NCBI GenBank assembly: GCA_038087875.1
Contig: JAXLNO010000202.1
Coordinates: 124,001-188,000 of the forward strand
Reading direction: 5' to 3'
Length of the DNA stretch: 64,000 nt
Source: Malacoraja senta
Lineage: Eukaryota
Shown: piece by piece, positions 52,300 to 64,000 of the stretch
Position numbering within the stretch: position 1 is the stretch's first letter
Layout of the letters: each line of letters begins with the position of its first letter
Position numbers and translations under genes: made by a program
Notes under the pieces: generated by a model
Seen by the model: only the letters and a program-made list of their open reading frames with translations
The model's database searches: none
Told to the model about the DNA's origin: nothing

Positions 52300-55200
52300 C
52301 CCCAAAGCAACAAGTACACACATTTATTTTTCTTTATTAAATTGCAAGCATTTTCTTCCTACAGTCAAAAGAAAAGAAGCCACTGTCAAGCTGTTGGCAC
52401 ATTCATGTACAAAAACAGATTAATTATACCGCCTGCTACCAAGCATTCCTTGTGAAAATACAAAGTCTAGGACCAGAAGCCAATATAGTATTATTACTGA
52501 ATACAAGACATCATATCCCAATCAAAGACGTTGATTAAATCGACACAACCCATCGATATTGCACAAAAGTAATCAAACACTACACTAAAGTGTACTTGGA
52601 GAGCGACAGCAGAACACAGCTGTGTAGTTGGTCACCAAGGTAAGACAGCCCAATGCTCAAAGAAATACCATCAACTCTTAAAAACTACCCCCATACCTAG
52701 AGTATAATCATGCAGTCATTAACAGCTACGTCAAAGTTCTTATCTAACACATAAAACGCTTCAAAATCACCAAATGTTGCATGACAGTTACAGTATAAAG
52801 CAGGTCTCAATTCCCTTAACTTCATTAGAAACGCACTCACATCAGGAAATAGGGCACCAATAGTCCACAATAAGTCCACAAACTGGACCAAAAGAAAAAC
52901 AGATGGGGATTAAACATCCAAAGAACATCACTGGAGATTTTGTTCAGGCGATGGGGTTGAGGGAGACACCTTACTGCAAACAGACAGTGGCATCAAGAGG
53001 CAATACAGAATAAAAGTCAACACAACTGCTGTGGTTCCATATCAGAGAAACACTCTCACACTACAAGTTTCACAGACTGTAGCTTCTCATTTCTCCCTCG
53101 TCTAAATATTTAACACCAACGTTTGCCATTAGTGGCTTGAATATGTTCACGACAACAGACTTTGTGCTGTTTCCCCAAGTGTGTCTGGGGGAGAAGTCCA
53201 ACGCTAGTTGCTTGCATTGAAAGTGGCGACATGTTAGTGACGGCAACTAGAGTCAAACTTCTCCACTGACAGAAACTCCTTTCACCAGCTTGGCTGTTTA
53301 TCTGAAGCTGATATTTGTTATGGGAACGGAGATGCAAGGTAAAAGACCCAGCGATAGATACATCCCGCCCGCAAACTCACCACTGTGTGCCAAGTGTTAG
53401 AGGGAAGTTGCCACAAAGGACCACGGTTAGTAAAAGGTAAAAGGTTCTATACAAATGGAATGTGCAGTGTGTGCCGCAGCGGTCAACTGCTATCAAACGA
53501 GTCGCTCCGACATCTGCTCAACACTCCAGGTTCAAGGAGCATCTTTCAAACTCCAAGGGTCACTTTCAAGGGGTCAGGGGGGAGAGTGCAGCTTAAAATA
53601 TCCCCACAACCCGACAGAATCAGAATGGGAACACGCCATTGAGATAGGTCTCATTCTAAAAGGATGGATTGGTCGTCATGCCAAGGTCATGTATGTATTT
53701 GAACACGGGCCCCTGCATTGAGGTCTTTACTTGGTTTGATGTTCACCCATTGCCACGTTCCCAGTTCATTAAACCAATCACTTGAAATACTCCTTGCCCA
53801 ACACAGAGAACAGGCAGGCGAATGGTTCAGGTGTGGACGTCCCCCTGAACAAACAGGTGTGAACATCTGTCCCCCTGAACAAGCAGGTGTGGACACGTCC
53901 CTGAACAAGTAGGTGTGGACACATCCCTGAACAAGCAGGTGTGAACATCTGTCCCCCTGAACAAGCAGGTGTGGACACGTCCCTGAACAAGTAGGTGTGG
54001 ACACATCCCTGAACAAGCAGGTGTGAACATCTGTCCCCCTGAACAAGCAGGTGTGGACACGTCCCTGAACAAGTAGGTGTGGACACATCCCTGAACAAGC
54101 AGGTGTGAACATCTGTCCCCCTGAACAAGCAGGTGTGGACACATCCCTGAACAAGCAGGTGTGAACATCTGTCCCCCTGAACAAGCAGGTGTGAACACAT
54201 CCCTGGTGTGAACAAGCAGGTGAATGTTTGTGGTGTGGACACTCCACTGAGACCCAGGTACTGACTTTCTTCACTCAGGAGCCGTGAGTGACGCAACGAC
54301 CCAGAGGGAGGAAGTGAAAGAGGATGAGGAATAGAGAGCTGTCTGCTCCAACACCCCATCACACCCTGTTCCCACCAATCTTTCTACCACCACGCACAAG
54401 AAGCACAAGAAGCCACAAGACAGACACCATTGTGTGCAGATGCCGAGATGTGTGTTCAGCTCTGGCTGAACAACTTGTAATCTTGTGTGTGGACGACGAG
54501 ACGAAGATGAGGTGCCGGCTGTGAGAATCATTCCTCCCCATCCATTCCTCCCCATTCTGCGCTGGCTGTCATGTTATCAGGAAAACAACTAAAGTCAGAA
54601 TCGCAAGGATTGAAGATCAATATTGAAGTGATCAATGAGCCTATCAATAATTAGATCATATGCCTAAACATTCTGGGGTTCAGCAGTTTATCAGCACAGG
54701 TATTTCTGGCAAGTATTGAAGGGTGGTGAATCTGGGGAATTCATTGCCACAGAAGGCTGTGGAGGCCAAGTCAATAGGGATGTTTAAGGCAGAGATTGAT
54801 AGATTCTTGATTACTACGGGTGTCAGGGGTTATGGGGGGGGGAAGGCAGGAGAACGGGGTTGAGAGGGAAAGATAGATCAGCCATGATTGAACGGTGGAG
54901 TAGAATCGATGGGCTGAATGGCCTAATTCTGCTCATATGACTTTATGATATCTTGGAAAAACACTAGCGTCGGCATTGTTTTAATACAGCCACAGATACC
55001 GCGATCCAGTGAGAGTTCCACGGGGCACGTGCATCTGCTGTGAACCATCCCCCTGGTGTCTGATGTCCTCTCACCACTAACGTCAGGCATGAAATGTTGG
55101 CCGTGACACTCCACCTTGGAGAATCGGAAAACAATTACAAATGCTGACAACTCCGTAGACAAGGCGGCTGGAGTGAGAGGTTTGCAGAAGGGGAAGCAGG

Positions 55201-55560
55201 GGAGAGTGACCACTGGACAAACTGCCTGGCTGACCATCACTGACCGCTGCTGGCTCACTCAAGGTGCAAGGGACAGGCGGAGGTAGAGGGGGTGGGGAAG
55301 GGGCGGGGGGTGAGGGAGAGGATGGCGTGTGGAGGGGGAGGAGGAGTAAGGGGGGGATGAGGAGGGGGAGGGGGTGTGAGAGGGGGGTGAGAGAGCAATG
55401 GTCAGTGGGGCTGGGACACACACAGGCAGTGGTCAGTGGGGGGTGGGTAAGGAGGGGCAGTAGTGGTCAGTGGGCCGGTAGGGGGTGGGTAAGGAGGGGC
55501 AGTGGTGGGCAGTGGGGCTGGGACACACAGTGGTCAGTGGGGTGCGGGCATGCAGGCGGT
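52300..55560 (-). other. GPM6A: Probable long 3'UTR of GPM6A
   Basis: Mostly unique sequence after the stop codon; two minus-strand AATAAA signals at about 52323-52338. Confidence 0.5.
53828..54240. repeat. Minisatellite with 82-bp higher-order unit (26+26+30 bp subunits)
   Basis: GAACATCTGTCCCC recurs at 53861, 53943 and 54025. Confidence 0.9.
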
Positions 55561-55713
55561 CTATGTGTAGGCGTTTAGTCGCTCCTTGGAGCGGGTGGAG
55601 TGGATGTCGTGAAGCTCTTGCTCCTCCTTGGACTTGATGTCCTCGTACTTCTGCATCCGGCACGCGTCCTTCACGTACGCCCAGTTGGCCGACAGCACCA
55701 TCAGGTAGTGCAC
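55561..55713 (-). CDS. GPM6A: Neuronal membrane glycoprotein M6-a, last coding exon (VHYLMVLSANWAYVKDACRMQKYEDIKSKEEQELHDIHSTRSKERLNAYT*)
   Basis: Manual translation matches the recalled GPM6A C-terminus; pyrimidine tract plus cacAG acceptor; TAG at 55563-55561; this frame is not in the ORF track. Confidence 0.93.
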   Translation of the reverse strand: MHYLMVLSANWAYVKDACRMQKYEDIKSKEEQELHDIHSTRSKERLNAYT

Positions 55714-56231
55714 CTGTGGGAGAGAGAGCAGTGGTCAGCACAGTGACCCACACTGACCCACACAGTGACCCACACACACACACACACTGACACACACACA
55801 CACATACACACACACTGACCCACACACACACTGACCCACACAGACCCACACACACACTGACCCACACACACACACTGACCCACACACACTGACCCACACA
55901 CACACACTCACTGACTCACACACACACACACTACCCCCTCTGCTACAATGGAGTCAATTCCACAGCCTCTTTGCTGCAGTTTTTGTGGAGGGAGCATTCT
56001 CAGTTCCATCATATCAGTATTCACCCGGTGGGTTACTCATGTCTGCGAGTTATGTTAGGCAGGTGGCTTCACTTGTTCACTGAGTATTTTCAAAACAGAT
56101 TGCAGAGCCACGTGGCATTAAGTTGGATGAGGTTCACTGAAGCAAGCATCAGCTGTCACGGTGTGCGGACACACACAGCTCTCCACTCATTATTGGCACA
56201 GACAGCTAGTGGTGTGTGTCTAATGGTGCCG

Positions 56232-56445
56232 TTACCCTGGTGATCAATGCCCACAAAGGAGCCCTTACCCTGGTGATCAATGCCCACAAAGGAGCCCTTA
56301 CCCTGGTGATCAATGCCCACAAAGGAGCCCTTACCCTGGTGATCAATGCCCACAAAGGAGCCCTTACCCTGGTGATCAATGCCCATAAAGGTGCCCTTAC
56401 CCTGGTGATCAATGCCCACAAAGGTGCCCTTACCCTGGTGATCTG
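56232..56445. repeat. 33-bp minisatellite, variant 1
   Basis: CCTTACCCTGGTGATCAATGCCCACAAAGGAGC repeated about 6 times. Confidence 0.92.
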
Positions 56446-56489
56446 TGTTTTTAATGGTCCCATTATCCTGGTTATCTAGTTTAGTTTAG

Positions 56490-56521
<32 letters not shown>

Positions 56522-56749
56522 TCACATGTGCCGAGGTACAGAGAAAATATTTACTTGCGGTCTCCCAATCACGGGAAAGACAATGCATGATTACAATCGA
56601 ACCGTCCACAGTGAACAGATACAGGATAAAGGGAATAACGTTTCATGCAAGATCAATCAATAAAGTCCAATTAAAGATTAAAGATAGTCCGAGGGTCACC
56701 AAGGAGGTAGATGGTAGTTCAGAAACGCTCCTTGGTTGTGGTAGAATGT

Positions 56750-57360
56750 CTGTAAAGTTCCAGCAGAGACTGTACTTCCTGAGGGTGCTCAGGAAGAACA
56801 ACATCACCCAGAGACTGCTGCTATCCTTTTATCGGTGCTCAATAGAGAGCATCTTAACATACTGTGTATGCGTGTGGTACACCAGCTGCACAGCGGCTAA
56901 GAGGAAAGCGCTCCAGAGGGCTATTGACAACGCCCAGAAGATTATCGGCTGCCCTCCTCACCTTGGAGGACCTACACAGTTCCCACTGTCTCAAAAAAAT
57001 CCCAGAAGATCATAAAGGACATTTCCCACCCCGGTCACTCCCTGTTTGTACTGCTGCCGTCAGGCAGACGGTACAGATCAATGAGGACAAGGACAAACAG
57101 ACTCAAAAACAGTTTTTATCCCACAGCAATAACTACACTTAATGTAGCCACCAAATGAGTACAGGTGTGCTACACACCAAAGGGACTGGGAAATCCACAG
57201 AAGAATGTGGGTTTTTCATGTTATTTATTTTAGTTGTTTATCTTAGACTTTTGCTTTTAGAAAATGTGTGAATGGTGCACTGACTAGTTGGCATTTCTAA
57301 TGTCGTTGTACATGTTTACATGTTATAATGACAATAAAGTATTCATTCATTCATTCATTC
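56750..57360 (+). mobile_element. Rex1/Babar-like LINE 3' fragment with (ATTC)n tail
   Basis: QQRLYFLRVLRK...FYRCSIESILTYC...RKALQR. Confidence 0.75.
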
Positions 57361-57931
57361 ATACTCTGGTTATCTGTGCCTGTCAAGGTGCCCATACTCT
57401 GGTTATCTGTGCCTGTAAAGGTGCCCATACTCTGGTTATCTGTGCCTGTCAAGGTGCCCATACTCTGGTTATCTGTGCTTGTCAAGGTGCCCATACTCTG
57501 GTTATCTGTGCTTGTCAAGGTGCCCATACTCTGGTTATCTGTGCCTGTAAAGGTGCCCATACTCTGGTTATCTGTGCTTGTCAAGGTGCCCATACTCTGG
57601 TTATCTGTGCCTGTCAAGGTGCCCATACTCTGGTTATCTGTGCCTGTAAAGGTGCCCATACTCTGGTTATCTGTGCTTGTCAAGGTGCCCATACTCTGGT
57701 TATCTGTGCTTGTCAAGGTGCCCATACTCTGGTTATCTGTGCTTGTCAAGGTGCCCATACTCTGGTTATCTGTGCTTGTCAAGGTGCCCATACTCTGGTT
57801 ATCTGTGCCTGTCAAGGTGCCCATACTCTGGTTATCTGTGCCTGTAAAGGTGCCCATACTCTGGTTATCTGTGCTTGTCAAGGTGCCCATACTCTGGTTA
57901 TCTGTGCCTGTCAAGGTGCCCATACTCTGGT
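57360..57931. repeat. 33-bp minisatellite, variant 2
   Basis: CATACTCTGGTTATCTGTGCCTGTCAAGGTGCC repeated about 17 times. Confidence 0.95.
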
Positions 57932-57934
57932 TCG

Positions 57935-58680
57935 CTGGAGAGAGTGCGGGCATGACTCTGTGCAACCTTCATCTCCCCACAAGGCATTTCCAGCCAAGCT
58001 CATGTTTGATGAGGAAGGCTTCCAGCATTCTGAACACATCTTCTCCCCGAGTGGTAGTAGCCAATGGCTCCGAGAACATGTACTCCTCCGTCATGGCTAC
58101 TCCATCGAGGTAACGAATGTAGACTAGCAGTTGGGAACATGAGGCAACATCTGTTGACTCGCCCAGTTGCAGTGAATACACTGGACTGCTCGTCACAGCC
58201 CTCACTACTTGCAGCAGAATATCATTACTCATATCCGAGATTCTACTTTTGACTGTGTCATTCAAAAGGGAAATCTGCCTGAACTTGTTTGACTGCTCTT
58301 CCCCCAGCGCCAACTTCGCTGTTTCGAGAAGGCATGGCTTGATAAGCTCTTCACCGATGCTGTGAGGTTTCTTAGTCTGTGCGATTCGATAAGCAATCCG
58401 GTATGAAGCCTCCAACGCTGCTTCATTTTGATGAGCACAGTGACCCGTTGAATAGATGCGGGATCCCTTGAGTTATGGCTTCTTTTCGTTTGAAATAGTC
58501 CACGCTCTTCCCCGCCAGGTTGCTGTGACAAGACTCCAAATGGATCTTCAGTTTGCTGGGCTTCATGCTCTCGTGACTCAACACCTTGGCACAGAGAACA
58601 CATCGCAGCTTGACCACGGATTTGGAACAATGCTTGTGAAGCCCAACTTGTGAAATGTTTCACTATACATGCGCGTCTTG
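57935..58680 (-). mobile_element. hAT (Buster/Charlie-type) transposase N-terminal fragment, frameshifted
   Basis: BED-like CVLC...SMKPSKLKIHLESCH; ASYRIAYRIAQTKKPHSIGEELIKPC; SLQLGESTD (catalytic D replaced by G). Confidence 0.85.
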
Positions 58681-59246
58681 GAAGACATGGTTCACAACAC
58701 ACACTGTTTGTGCGTGTATACGCAGGGCCTCAGAGGAATTTTATCAGTGGGTACAAAGTTTATTTTGGGCCCCCTTCCCTTCTCCATTAGTCATCCTGTT
58801 TTTATCCACTATGCTACAGTTTTATGCCATGAGCTGTAGCCTGCACGGCAAAAAGGGGTACGGAAGATGAGAGAGGGGTGGAATGGGGCGCTCTGTTGAT
58901 TTTCTGCATTTGAGGCCTTATGTCCCTATACACCCTCCATGATAAATATAAATAAGTATAAATAACATAAAAGGATCAGAAAGCACATTTGTTTTCCTTC
59001 ACTCTATAGATGCTGCCTCACCCGTTGAGTTTCTCCAGCATTTTATCTACCTTTGTTGTGAACATCTTTGTTTATGCTACAATACAGATAAGGAGAAAGA
59101 ATTCACATTGAAACATCCTTTTATGTTTCAATGCAGATCATATCATCAAAATACATAATTATTAGTAAAAAGTAAAAGTTTTACTTTTATTATATAAATT
59201 TACTTTATATAAAGAGCTTTCCTGGCCTTTTTTGTGTGAAAAATGT

Positions 59247-59446
59247 NNNNNNNNNNNNNNNNNNNNNNNNNNNNNNNNNNNNNNNNNNNNNNNNNNNNNN
59301 NNNNNNNNNNNNNNNNNNNNNNNNNNNNNNNNNNNNNNNNNNNNNNNNNNNNNNNNNNNNNNNNNNNNNNNNNNNNNNNNNNNNNNNNNNNNNNNNNNNN
59401 NNNNNNNNNNNNNNNNNNNNNNNNNNNNNNNNNNNNNNNNNNNNNN
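59247..59446. other. Assembly gap (200 N)
   Basis: Run of N. Confidence 1.

Positions 59447-64000
<4,554 letters not shown>

Noticed and set aside
57288..58127. Repetitive Cys-containing ORFs (HTLVICACQGA)n
   Set aside because: 33-bp tandem repeat with no stop codons; not a gene
57969..58617. Domesticated ZBED/SCAND3-like gene
   Set aside because: Frameshifted, truncated by a minisatellite, first catalytic Asp mutated

Overview
Repeat-dense vertebrate genomic DNA. The CR1/HER1-type LINE tails and V-SINE-like elements suggest a cartilaginous fish, probably a skate or ray (inference). Most ORFs in the track are LINE debris or low-complexity artefacts. Genic content: (1) A spliced, + strand trypsin-family serine protease most like the matriptase/ST14 subfamily, with 6 exons from 20261 to 50651: two Ser/Thr-rich stalk exons, an R|IVGG activation site, an intact His/Asp/Ser triad and Asp189. 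(2) A head-to-head inverted paralog on the - strand (4 exons, 13089 to 3754). Its non-coding arms are nearly identical to the + copy, but the catalytic exons differ mostly by amino-acid-changing substitutions in surface loops. (3) The terminal coding exon and probable long 3'UTR of GPM6A on the - strand, converging on the protease 3' end. One intron of the + copy holds a degraded class I-like endogenous retrovirus with both LTRs, a perfect tRNA-Pro PBS, a PPT and a 4-bp TSD. Also present: a Helitron with its empty site in the paralog, Gypsy, Penelope (with hammerhead-like cores), Harbinger-like, hAT/Buster, L2 and Rex1-like remnants, and minisatellites. Two 200-N gaps sit at the junctions of the two large duplications, so the arrangement may be partly an assembly effect. 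All comparisons were done by eye.
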